Shown: one piece after another, positions 37,554-47,015 of the stretch
Numbering within the stretch: position 1 is the first letter of the stretch
How the letters are laid out: every line of letters begins with the position of its first letter
Assembly: GCA_000991405.1 (NCBI GenBank)
Contig: LBRL01000001.1
Coordinates: 527,989-591,988 of the forward strand
DNA length: 64,000 bases
Direction of reading: 5' to 3'
Origin: Candidatus Nomurabacteria bacterium GW2011_GWD2_36_14
GTDB taxonomy: Bacteria; Patescibacteriota; Minisyncoccia; Phycocordibacterales; UBA9973
Program-made: the position numbers and the translations under genes
Notes under the pieces: generated by a model
Databases searched by the model: none
What the model was told of the DNA's origin: nothing
What the model saw: the letters and a program-made list of their open reading frames with translations, nothing else

Positions 37554-37624
37554 GCCACAACAACCGTAACAGCCTAAAGAGGGAAGAGTAAAAATAAGTT
37601 ATCTGATTAAATTATTAAATTAAA

Positions 37625-39223
37625 TTGTATTTTATGGAAAATAACCCTAAAAAAAGTAAAGCATTCATAATAACATTCATACTGATATTGATACTTTTGA
37701 TAGCAGGTTATTATATATACAAGAATAGAACTCAAATGTTTGATGCGAAGGGGTCTACTTCTATGAGCAAAATATTCTCGCCACTTCTAGGCACTTCTAA
37801 GACTAAAGAAGTAAAGGTTATAGAAGATCCAAATACAAAAATAACTACAACTCCAATAGTTCCTAAGAAGACTGGAGTAGTGATCACAGATGTAAACGGC
37901 AATAAGATGGTCCTATCCGAAGCAGGTGAAATACTCAAGAAAGGCGACGTACTATATATAGCAGGCTTCAACAAGAACGACCAACCAATAGTCATGAAGG
38001 CCATAGCCAATGACAAGAACAAGTCTCTGGTCTTCGGAGTGGCAGGCGAAGACATGAATAAAGGAGCCCTAGGCAACGTAATTATAGAAGGAATACTTAC
38101 TGGAGTCCCTACCAATAGGAAGGAGGGTACCCTCTGGGTAGCCAAGAATACTCTCTTCCTAAGTGACAAGGTATATGGAGGGATGACGAAGAACTCGCCA
38201 AAGGCTCCTTCGTATATAGTACCTGTCGGAAGTGTTATAAAGGTAGATCCAAAGAATGGGTCTATAAGAATAGGAGGCTTGAATGATACTCTAACTGCCA
38301 ACCTAGAGAAATTAAATCTACTACTTTTAAGTAATTCAAACATGCAACTTATAAATGCTGTTATTAGTGATCTTCGTGACTACTGGAGTTCTATATTTGG
38401 TAACGGACTCTTTGGAAATATTGACTATACAAGTGGTGGAAACATAACCCCCGGTACACCCCCTATAAATCCTATCAATATTCCAGCTGGTAATAATATA
38501 GGCGGTACTAATGTAGGTGGTGCTAACTATACTACAACTGGTAGTAATACAGAATGTTCAGATAAGATTGATAATGATGGGGATGGTCTGATAGATGAGG
38601 CTGATTCAAATTGTCATATCAGTGGAGACCTCGCTAAGGCTTATGTACCACTTCATAATTCGGAGTCAACTTCACCTGTAGACCCAAATGCTGATAAAAT
38701 AACTGATGACAATTCTTGTAAAATAATAGAACAGAATCCTTTAACCTTCACCTCTGCAGAAAAAAAAGAGCTCGATGATCTATTGCGTAAATATTATTTA
38801 ATTGCTTCTACTCTAAAAACAAAAAATGATATAAATCTTGTGTATGCTGAGATAGCACAATATAGAGCATTTATTGAACAAATAACTGATCTTACAAATC
38901 AATGTTATACTGAATTAAAATCCCCAAATTATACTGGACCAAAGACACAGTACGGAAATCCTTGGTATAAATATGATAGCAGAGGGTCTTATCTTGCAAA
39001 TAGTTTGAATTCAACTTGTAAGTACGAGAGCTCAACTACGAGTGGAAGTGGGTCCAGAAGAGGTGGAACTACCACTTCCGGATCAGCAAATGATCCTTAT
39101 TGTGAGCCAACAGTTGGAGCCAATGGTGATACCCGCCCAGAAAGATATAATTTCTGGAATATTCCAGCATTTAATTCACCAGTTGACTTGAGAGATTTCG
39201 AAATACTTTTGAATGTGTGGTAA
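37625..39223 (+). CDS. Membrane-anchored surface protein with the same Cys/Asp loop
   Basis: 532 aa; N-terminal TM; a Gly/Asn/Thr-rich linker then CSDKIDNDGDGLIDEADSNC. Confidence 0.55.
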   Translation: MYFMENNPKKSKAFIITFILILILLIAGYYIYKNRTQMFDAKGSTSMSKIFSPLLGTSKTKEVKVIEDPNTKITTTPIVPKKTGVVITDVNGNKMVLSEAGEILKKGDVLYIAGFNKNDQPIVMKAIANDKNKSLVFGVAGEDMNKGALGNVIIEGILTGVPTNRKEGTLWVAKNTLFLSDKVYGGMTKNSPKAPSYIVPVGSVIKVDPKNGSIRIGGLNDTLTANLEKLNLLLLSNSNMQLINAVISDLRDYWSSIFGNGLFGNIDYTSGGNITPGTPPINPINIPAGNNIGGTNVGGANYTTTGSNTECSDKIDNDGDGLIDEADSNCHISGDLAKAYVPLHNSESTSPVDPNADKITDDNSCKIIEQNPLTFTSAEKKELDDLLRKYYLIASTLKTKNDINLVYAEIAQYRAFIEQITDLTNQCYTELKSPNYTGPKTQYGNPWYKYDSRGSYLANSLNSTCKYESSTTSGSGSRRGGTTTSGSANDPYCEPTVGANGDTRPERYNFWNIPAFNSPVDLRDFEILLNVW

Positions 39224-39253
39224 GTAGTGAGTAGTAATAGAAAAAAATAGTAA

Positions 39254-41785
39254 GTGGTATGTAAAATAATAATGAAAAGAATTTTATCTTCTATTTTAAT
39301 ATCGTTCGTTATCCTCGCAAACTTCCTTGCGCCTTTTAGTGTAGGATGGAGTGACAAAAATAAACTCCCAAACATAGAAATAAAACAACAAAAGGCTGAG
39401 GCTGAATATAATTATGGATTAAAAGTAACTCCAACATTAGGAAACACATATATTAATCTTGGAATAGAATTAATTGAGGGAACAGCAACTGGTGATTATG
39501 CTACTATTGTTACAACATCTAGTACTGCCAAACTTGAGCTTAGAGCAACAGTATTACTAAATGATGAAAAGATAACTGATGATACTGCTAGTAATTTGGG
39601 TTCAGATAACAAAAAAACAGCCCTTAATTTAGATGGGCTAGAATCTGGAAAACCATATAAAACAAAAATTGAATTAGTAGAAGTTTTGAATAGTTTTTCT
39701 GCAAGTGGAATGCCGGGTTATGCTGGTAAAACTTCTAAAACATTATATGAAAAAATAATTGACACCCCCACAATAGAAGAAGGGGAACAAGCTGTAGTAA
39801 AAGAAGGAATAGACATAAGTGGAAAGAGTGATACACTAAAAACTCCTGTAGATAATCCCGACAACATGCCAGATTGTTCAATAGTACCAGCAAAAATAAT
39901 GGGGTGTATTGCACAAGGTTTCTATTATGTACTTTTCATGCCAACTTCATATCTTTTTGCATTGGCTGGAACCTTCTTTGATAGTACTTTTGCATATTCA
40001 GTCCAAGATACTTCCTATAGATCTGCTTTCGTAGTGCAAGGATGGGGACTTGTAAGAGACTTTTGTAATCTATTCTTCATATTTATACTTTTATATGTTG
40101 CATTTTCTACAATATTAAATGTTCACAATTTTAATACAAAACAAATAATAATAAATGTAGTAGTTATAGGATTATTCATAAACTTCAGTCTCTTTGCTAC
40201 TCAACTTATAATAGACGCATCAAATATAACTGCGAGGGTATTCTACAATTCAGATGCAATAAAAATTACAGAAAATGGGGCAAACGGAGTTACAGAAGCT
40301 ACCCCCGGCTTGGTGGTAGGTGAAGGTGGAGTTATACCTCTTTCTGCTGCCTTAGTAAACAAAGTTAATCCACAAAATTTAATTCTTCACTCTAAAGAAG
40401 TAAATAATATTCCAGACAAAGAAGGAAGAGCTAAATCCAATGCAGATGCAGCTGAAAATCTAGGGGCTGGATCATTTATACTAATAGTAATAATAGCTTC
40501 AGCTGTAAATATAGTAGGAATCATTGTTTTCCTGTCTGTAGGGCTTATGTTCATAGCTCGAGTCATAGGACTCTGGCTAGCTATGATAATGGCCCCACTG
40601 GCATTCTTCACTTATATACTTCCTGAACAAATGGCAGGAATCAAAATGATTGGATGGAAGAACTGGTGGCCAGAAACTTTCAAGCTGGCATTCCTAGCTC
40701 CAGTCTTCATGTTCTTCATGTATATAATACTCAAATTCTTGAGCTTGGACTTGATAGCAGATGTATCAAATAAAACTATTTCAAAAGACGGATTAGGATT
40801 CTTTGTGGCCACTCTTATTCCTTTCGCATTCATAATGATACTCATGTTAAAAGCAAAAGGAATTGCAAAAGATATGTCTGGAGAACTCGGACAGCAAATT
40901 ACCGGAGGTGTAGCAGCCGCAGGCGGAATGCTTCTAGGTGGCGCAGCTTTGAGTACTGCTTTCTTAGGAAGAAAGATAGTTGGTCAAGGTTTAGCTAAGG
41001 CCTCAAAAGGAGATACTGCTTCTCAACAATATATGGATCCAGCCAAAAGAGCCAATATGAATATACTTAGAAAAAGTCTTGGTTTTGTTGGTTCTGGTTT
41101 TGGTACTGGATATGGAATAAATAAGGTTCATGATTATACTGGTGGACAATTAAACAAAAAACAAAAAACAATCGAAGAAATTGACCATGCAAGACATACT
41201 GTTGATTCTGTTAAAGACAAAAGGTATAAAGATATTGAGTGGTCAAGACTTTCTAATACACAGCAACAAAATGTAAGGGGTGATTTCGTGAAAGAAAATA
41301 AGAGTAAGTGGGCACAAGATGAAGAAGACGCATATCGAAAATCAAAGAAATATAATGATAAAAAGGCACTAACGCCTACTGAGATAGCAGAACTAAGAGA
41401 TCGTGTAACAGCTAGAGCAAATAAAGAATTTGATCATGAAATAAAACTGTCTACAACAAAAGTTAAGGGGCTTAACAGGGCAATTTCACAAATTAATACA
41501 GGAAGTATGGATATAAGAAAGCTATCTGAAATAAAATCTGATAAAAGGGAAGGATTCTTTACTAAAATGCCAGTTGCTCTTACTGCCGCTATTGCTATGG
41601 GGATGCGAACAGGAATAAAAAGTAGTGGTTTAAGTGGGGGATCAATAAAGGTGGAGGGAAATTTTATGAAAGATTTAACAAACACAATCAGCGATTCATT
41701 AAAGCAAGCAAAAGTTAATGTTGATATTAGCCATGTTGGAGAAACAAAAAGTAGTGCAGACCCACACGCAGGAGGACATCATTAG
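39254..41785 (+). CDS. VirB6/TrbL-like polytopic membrane protein with a large periplasmic N-domain and a coiled-coil C-tail
   Basis: 843 aa; signal peptide, an extracytoplasmic domain of about 200 aa, then 6-7 TM helices (for example FIFILLYVAFSTI, VVVIGLFINFSLFATQLII, FILIVIIASAVNIVGIIVFLSVGLMFIARVIGLWLAMIMAPLAFF, LAFLAPVFMFFMYIIL, FFVATLIPFAFIMILML), then a charged C-terminus. Confidence 0.5.
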   Translation: MVCKIIMKRILSSILISFVILANFLAPFSVGWSDKNKLPNIEIKQQKAEAEYNYGLKVTPTLGNTYINLGIELIEGTATGDYATIVTTSSTAKLELRATVLLNDEKITDDTASNLGSDNKKTALNLDGLESGKPYKTKIELVEVLNSFSASGMPGYAGKTSKTLYEKIIDTPTIEEGEQAVVKEGIDISGKSDTLKTPVDNPDNMPDCSIVPAKIMGCIAQGFYYVLFMPTSYLFALAGTFFDSTFAYSVQDTSYRSAFVVQGWGLVRDFCNLFFIFILLYVAFSTILNVHNFNTKQIIINVVVIGLFINFSLFATQLIIDASNITARVFYNSDAIKITENGANGVTEATPGLVVGEGGVIPLSAALVNKVNPQNLILHSKEVNNIPDKEGRAKSNADAAENLGAGSFILIVIIASAVNIVGIIVFLSVGLMFIARVIGLWLAMIMAPLAFFTYILPEQMAGIKMIGWKNWWPETFKLAFLAPVFMFFMYIILKFLSLDLIADVSNKTISKDGLGFFVATLIPFAFIMILMLKAKGIAKDMSGELGQQITGGVAAAGGMLLGGAALSTAFLGRKIVGQGLAKASKGDTASQQYMDPAKRANMNILRKSLGFVGSGFGTGYGINKVHDYTGGQLNKKQKTIEEIDHARHTVDSVKDKRYKDIEWSRLSNTQQQNVRGDFVKENKSKWAQDEEDAYRKSKKYNDKKALTPTEIAELRDRVTARANKEFDHEIKLSTTKVKGLNRAISQINTGSMDIRKLSEIKSDKREGFFTKMPVALTAAIAMGMRTGIKSSGLSGGSIKVEGNFMKDLTNTISDSLKQAKVNVDISHVGETKSSADPHAGGHH

Positions 41786-41833
41786 TTTTAAGTAATAAGT
41801 AGAGTATAGTAAGAAAATTAGAATATAAAAAAT

Positions 41834-42565
41834 ATGGACCAAACAGAATTACAAGAAAAAATAGTGTTATACTACCAAAAGCTTCCAGAGGAAACTAAGG
41901 TACTTTTTGCTGGAATGTCTTGGCTTGAAACTCTTAAGGAAATAGATACAAAGTACTCTCTAAACGATGCTCAAATAGAAACCCTAGGGACAGAGACAAC
42001 AATACTCCTCCTTGGAATAATAAGTCTAGAAGATTACGTGCAAACTATAAAGGATGAAATAAAACTTGAAGGCACAGGAACAGATAATATGCTAGATGAA
42101 ATAGGAGATAAAATATTGAAAGACATAGCGCCTCTTCTGTATGAATCTTATGAAAAGAATGTGATGGAACTAGAAAAAGAGAATGTAAGTACTGATACTG
42201 TTCCTCTTCCACCTTATGCAGAAAAGAAACAAGCAGTAGAACCAAAAGTAAATCCTATCATTAATTCTGCATATTCTCACAATAATGAGACAGATATGTA
42301 CAGGGAGCATGGAATAGATGTGATATCCAACGACTATCCACAGACTACAAAAATGGACATACTTAAAAAGCAGGAAGAATTACAAGAAGAAAAGCATAAT
42401 GATAATTCAAACATAATAGCCAATAAGCTTTTCAATAATACTGCGAGTCAAAAGGTTGTGACAGATTATTCTATTCCAAAGGTTAATCCTCTTCTCAACA
42501 ACAATTCCTTGCCACAAGGTGGAATATCTACAAAGCCTCATGATCCATATCATGAGGAAATATAA
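41834..42565 (+). CDS. Acidic hypothetical protein (T4SS-locus component)
   Basis: 243 aa, Glu/Asp-rich, no TM. Confidence 0.4.
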   Translation: MDQTELQEKIVLYYQKLPEETKVLFAGMSWLETLKEIDTKYSLNDAQIETLGTETTILLLGIISLEDYVQTIKDEIKLEGTGTDNMLDEIGDKILKDIAPLLYESYEKNVMELEKENVSTDTVPLPPYAEKKQAVEPKVNPIINSAYSHNNETDMYREHGIDVISNDYPQTTKMDILKKQEELQEEKHNDNSNIIANKLFNNTASQKVVTDYSIPKVNPLLNNNSLPQGGISTKPHDPYHEEI

Positions 42566-42567
42566 AA

Positions 42568-42990
42568 ATGCAATTTAAAGTACCACAATTTATAGATATA
42601 GAAGATAAGATATTTGGTCCTTTCACCTTTCGCCAATTCGCGTACCTTATAGGTGGAGGGGGGATAGTATACGTCTTGTACAGACTACTGCCATTCTGGA
42701 TCAGTATCTTCCTCATACTTCCCATCATAGGCCTGACTATATGCCTAGTCTTTGTAAAGATAAATACTAAACCTTTCGAATACTACCTAGAAGCGGCATT
42801 TACTTACTTCATATCTAGTAAGCTTTATATCTGGAAGCAAAGATTGGTCAAAAAGAGTGACAAGCTAGAAGAGGTAAGTGCCCTTACAACAATGTCCAAC
42901 GTACCCATGCTGACAGAGAATAAACTCAAGGATTTATCGTGGAGCTTAGATATTCAAGACAAGAAAGATAATAAAATAATTAATAGTTAA
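42568..42990 (+). CDS. Small two-TM protein, VirB3-like (ConD/TcpE/PrgI-type) by position and topology
   Basis: 140 aa; two hydrophobic helices (FAYLIGGGGIVYVLYRLL; ISIFLILPIIGLTICLVFV). Its start overlaps the stop of the preceding gene. This is the typical position upstream of VirB4 in Gram-positive T4SS operons. Confidence 0.4.
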   Translation: MQFKVPQFIDIEDKIFGPFTFRQFAYLIGGGGIVYVLYRLLPFWISIFLILPIIGLTICLVFVKINTKPFEYYLEAAFTYFISSKLYIWKQRLVKKSDKLEEVSALTTMSNVPMLTENKLKDLSWSLDIQDKKDNKIINS

Positions 42991-43006
42991 GAATTAATAA
43001 TTAATA

Positions 43007-43357
43007 ATGAAGGGGAATAATATTATAAGGGAAAAAAGTTATAGTTTTAGTCTTAAAATTATTAAGATATATCAAGAATTAACTCAAGAAAAGAAGGAAT
43101 TCATACTATCAAAACAATTAATTCGTTCTGGTACATCTATAGGTGCAAATATCGAAGAATCAACAGGTGCCCAGTCTAAAAATGACTTCATCGCTAAATT
43201 GAGTATCTCGTACAAAGAAACATGGGAAACTCTTTATTGGTTAAGACTTTTGACCGATAGTGGTTTCCTTAATAAGAAACAGTCTGATATTCTTATTTTT
43301 GACTGCGAAGAGTTACTTAAAATACTAGGAGCCATACTAAAAACCTCCAAATCCTAG
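43007..43357 (+). CDS. Four-helix-bundle protein (23S rRNA intervening-sequence protein / Avd-like family)
   Basis: 116 aa; SYSFSLKIIKIY...LIRSGTSIGANIEES...FIAKLSISYKETWETLYWLRL matches the TIGR02436/PF05635-type family. It is flanked by (TTAATAA)n arrays at 42970-43009 and 43364-43464. Confidence 0.7.
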   Translation: MKGNNIIREKSYSFSLKIIKIYQELTQEKKEFILSKQLIRSGTSIGANIEESTGAQSKNDFIAKLSISYKETWETLYWLRLLTDSGFLNKKQSDILIFDCEELLKILGAILKTSKS

Positions 43358-43468
43358 GGTTTCATTATTAATTATTCAATGTGTGATATAATAAAAAGGT
43401 AATTAAAGTGTTTTGATTTATGTTTCTAAATTATTAATTATTAATTCTTAATTATTAATTACTTACCT

Positions 43469-44122
43469 ATGGCAATAGACGCAAAAGCGGCACAAAGTTT
43501 CGTACCAATAAAAGAAGTTCGCAATGGAGTCATCGTACTGAAGGATGGGGGGCTTCGAGCCGTCCTTATCGCTTCATCTATCAACCTTTCACTTAAGGCC
43601 TCCGATGAGCAAGTCGCTATTATCAACCAATTCCAAAACTTCCTAAACGGGCTAGATTTCCCCACACAGATAGTCATACAATCTAGACGTCTCGATATAC
43701 GACCATACCTACTCATGCTTGATGGTCGCCTCAAAGAACAAACAGAACCACTTCTAAAAATTCAAACCAAGGAGTACATAGACTTCATTAAATCTTTCAC
43801 CGATGAAGTAAATATTATGACCAAGACCTTCTTTGTTGTCGTACCTTATAGTTCAAGTGTCATTAATGCTAAGAGTGGATTAATGGATAGTATTCTAAGT
43901 GGTGGCACTCAAAAGAAGCCAGTGGACGACAGCAAGAAGGCTGTGGACTTGGCAACCTTTGAAGAGAAGCGTAGCCAGCTCGAACAGAGAACCAACGTCA
44001 TTATAAGTGGACTAAGTGGCATAGGAATACGAAGTAGTGTACTGAAGACAGACGAAGTTGTAGAACTTTTCTATAAAACATTCAACCCAGGAGATATTAG
44101 TCAGGGAATAAAATTACAATAA
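43469..44122 (+). pseudogene. virB4: VirB4-family ATPase, N-terminal 217-aa fragment (separated from the rest by one in-frame TAA)
   Basis: VPIKEVRNGVIVLKDGGLRAVLIASSINLSLKASDEQVAIINQFQNFLNGLDFPTQIV matches the N-terminus of Gram-positive VirB4 homologues (TcpF/TraE/PrgJ type). The stop at 44120-44122 is followed 6 nt later, in the same frame, by the ATG of the next ORF. Confidence 0.55.
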
Positions 44123-44128
44123 AACAAA

Positions 44129-45958
44129 ATGTCATTATTTTCATCAATATTTAAAAAAGGGGATGATAAAAAGCCACAGGGTCAAGTGATGCCTGTCTTG
44201 CCTACGGAAATATACAAGGCGGCAAATCTGGAACTCCAAGACGTCATTGCTCCTTCGGCTCTACAAATAACTCCAAAAGGTATTAACCTTGGGGACAAGA
44301 TAGCACGAACCTTCTTCGTTATTTCCTATCCTCGATACTTAACCGACAACTGGTTCTCACCGATTGTGAACCTCGACAAAGTCTTCGATGTATCTATATT
44401 CATCCACCCTATTGAAACTGCAGATATATTGAGATCATTCCAAAAGAAGGTAGCTGAGGTTCAAAGTCAGATATCTGTACGAGAGGCGAAGGGTCTAGTA
44501 CGTGACCCAATGCTCGATACTGCCTATCAAGACTTAGAAGGACTTCGCGATAACTTGATGCAGGCTCAGGAGAAAATGTTTGACGTAGGACTATATATTA
44601 CAGTCTATGCCGACAACGAGAACGACATGTTCAAAATAGAAAGTGAGATCAAGTCCCTTCTTGACTCCAAGCTTGTATATATAAAGCCCGCTCTCTTCCA
44701 GCAAGACGAAGGGTTCAAGAGCGTCATACCACTTGGTATGGACGTGCTGGGTATACACCAGAAGCTCAACACTGAGCCACTTTCTAGTCTCTTCCCATTT
44801 GTGTCTTTCGACCTTACTTCTGATAAGGGAATTCTATATGGGGTAAACAGACACAATAGTAGTCTTATCATCTTTGATAGATTCTCTCTACCAAACTACA
44901 ACTCCATTACTTTCGCAACAGCTGGAGCTGGTAAGTCGTATGCAACCAAGCTTGAGATTATTCGTACACTCATGTTCGATGCAGAAGTCATAGTCATAGA
45001 CCCCGAAAGAGAGTATGAATACCTAGCAGAAGCAATAGGGGGTAGATACTTCAATATTTCACTTTCTTCCGATCACCACATCAACCCTTTCGACCTTCCT
45101 ATCCCTAGACCAGATGAAACTGCGGCTGATGTACTTCGTGCCAATACTATTAATCTTGTAGGACTCTTCCGCATAATGCTAGGAGGACTGACTCCTGAAG
45201 AAGATTCTATAATCGACAGAGCTATTACCGAGACTTATGCCTTGAAAGATATAACAGCCGAATCCAACTTTGCCAACATTGAGCCACCACTACTTTCAGA
45301 CTTTGAAGTCGTACTGGCAGGAATGGATGGAAGTAACTCCCTTATACAACGTCTTACCAAGTATACTCACGGTTCTTGGGCTTCGTTTATAAACAAACCT
45401 TCCAATGTAGATATCAATCGCAAATTCGTCGTCTTCTCTGTTCGAGATATGGAGGACGAGCTTAAACCTGTGGCTATGTATATAGTTACTCACTTCATAT
45501 GGAATGCTGTCCGCAAGACTCTTAAGAAGAGACTCTTAGTCGTTGACGAGGCTTGGTGGATGATGAAGTCAGAAGACACAGCTTCGTTCCTATACTCTAT
45601 TGCCAAGAGAGGGCGTAAATACTATCTAGGACTTGCCACTATTACTCAGGACGTAGGAGACTTCATGAAGAGTCCTTATGGAGTGCCTATTGTGACCAAC
45701 TCTTCTATTCAACTTCTACTTAAACAGTCGCCGGCCACTATCGACGTCCTTCAGAAGACTTTCAACCTGACAGATGAGGAGAAGTACTTGCTTCTGGAAG
45801 CCAATGTGGGAGAGGGTATCTTCTTCGCAGGACTAAAGCACGTCGCAGTGAAGACTATTGCCTCGTATACAGAAGACCAGATCATTACCTCTGATCCTTC
45901 GCAAATCTTGGCCATTAGAAAAGCCAAGGATGATCTTGAAATGGCGGGAGGAAAGTAA
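44129..45958 (+). CDS. virB4: VirB4/TrbE/ConE-like T4SS ATPase (C-terminal 609 aa)
   Basis: The VirB4 mid-domain pattern (VIAPSALQITPKGINLGDKIARTFFVISYPRYLTDNWF) fits the IAP...G...R-hh-V-x-YPR...W pattern. Walker A is FATAGAGKS. Walker B is LLVVDEAWWMM, and the DEAW motif is typical of VirB4/TraC. Confidence 0.7.
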   Translation: MSLFSSIFKKGDDKKPQGQVMPVLPTEIYKAANLELQDVIAPSALQITPKGINLGDKIARTFFVISYPRYLTDNWFSPIVNLDKVFDVSIFIHPIETADILRSFQKKVAEVQSQISVREAKGLVRDPMLDTAYQDLEGLRDNLMQAQEKMFDVGLYITVYADNENDMFKIESEIKSLLDSKLVYIKPALFQQDEGFKSVIPLGMDVLGIHQKLNTEPLSSLFPFVSFDLTSDKGILYGVNRHNSSLIIFDRFSLPNYNSITFATAGAGKSYATKLEIIRTLMFDAEVIVIDPEREYEYLAEAIGGRYFNISLSSDHHINPFDLPIPRPDETAADVLRANTINLVGLFRIMLGGLTPEEDSIIDRAITETYALKDITAESNFANIEPPLLSDFEVVLAGMDGSNSLIQRLTKYTHGSWASFINKPSNVDINRKFVVFSVRDMEDELKPVAMYIVTHFIWNAVRKTLKKRLLVVDEAWWMMKSEDTASFLYSIAKRGRKYYLGLATITQDVGDFMKSPYGVPIVTNSSIQLLLKQSPATIDVLQKTFNLTDEEKYLLLEANVGEGIFFAGLKHVAVKTIASYTEDQIITSDPSQILAIRKAKDDLEMAGGK

Positions 45959-45999
45959 GTTGTGGATATAGTATCTCTATCGTATAATATAAAGAGATA

Positions 46000-46995
46000 A
46001 TGATGAATAATAAATTCATAAAAATTTTAGGAATAATTATGGTAATAAGCATACTTTCTATGCCATCTTTTTCTTTGGCTGAATCTGAAATATCTATACG
46101 TGAAAGTGACATAGATGTACAAATGTGGCCAGAAATTCCAGAGCCTTATCAAGATGTAAACATAAAGCTAGTAAGTTATGCTACAGACTTAAACAAGGCA
46201 ATCATTGAATGGAGAGTGGGCTCAAATATAGTACTTTCTGGATATGGAAAAATAAACTATTCAATGAAAGCTCCGGGCCCAAATATAACTACAAATATTA
46301 TATTATCTATAACTCCAGTAAATTCTATTAGTAAAATAATAAAACAAATTGTAGTACAACCCTCAGATATAGAGGTACTATGGGAAGCAGTTGATGGGTA
46401 TACGCCACCTTTCTATAAGGGTAAGTCTTTAATATCAAAGGAGGGAACTATAAAATTGGTAGCAATACCAAACTCTTCAACTATTAAAAGCGGTAGGGGA
46501 AATATTTCATACAAATGGATGAGGGACGACGCAACAGTAGAAGAGGTATCGGGATATAACAAAGATTCATATATATTTGAAAATAATGTCCTCAAATCAA
46601 ATGAGACTATAAACTTAACTGCTTCTTCTGTAGACGGATCATATAATGCAAATAAAAATTTAGATATACCTATATACTCTCCTAAGGTATTATTCTACAA
46701 AAAGTCTCCTACAGAGGGAGTGCAGTATAATAAAGTACTAGATAGTAATACAATCTTTACAGGAGACGAAATGACTATAGTGGCAGAGCCCTACTTCTTG
46801 GCAATAAAAGGGAATGAAAATTTGTTTAATTATACTTGGAATATAAATGGCGATCCTATAAAAACTCCCTCAAAGAAAACAGAGCTTACTATTCGCCCAA
46901 CAGCAAGAGGAGGGTATGCCAATATTGACGTGACTTTGGAAAATGTTAACAAGATTTTCCAAAAAGTTTCTGGGGCATTAAAATTAACACTATAA
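46000..46995 (+). CDS. Secreted beta-rich hypothetical protein
   Basis: 331 aa; signal peptide (ILGIIMVISILSMPSFSLA). Confidence 0.45.
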   Translation: MMNNKFIKILGIIMVISILSMPSFSLAESEISIRESDIDVQMWPEIPEPYQDVNIKLVSYATDLNKAIIEWRVGSNIVLSGYGKINYSMKAPGPNITTNIILSITPVNSISKIIKQIVVQPSDIEVLWEAVDGYTPPFYKGKSLISKEGTIKLVAIPNSSTIKSGRGNISYKWMRDDATVEEVSGYNKDSYIFENNVLKSNETINLTASSVDGSYNANKNLDIPIYSPKVLFYKKSPTEGVQYNKVLDSNTIFTGDEMTIVAEPYFLAIKGNENLFNYTWNINGDPIKTPSKKTELTIRPTARGGYANIDVTLENVNKIFQKVSGALKLTL

Positions 46996-47015
46996 TACTT
47001 GTCCCGTTAGAAGTC

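Noticed and set aside
43007-43357. Diversity-generating retroelement centred on the Avd-like four-helix-bundle gene
   Set aside because: No reverse transcriptase ORF and no template/variable repeat pair within the window, so only the accessory-protein homologue is present.
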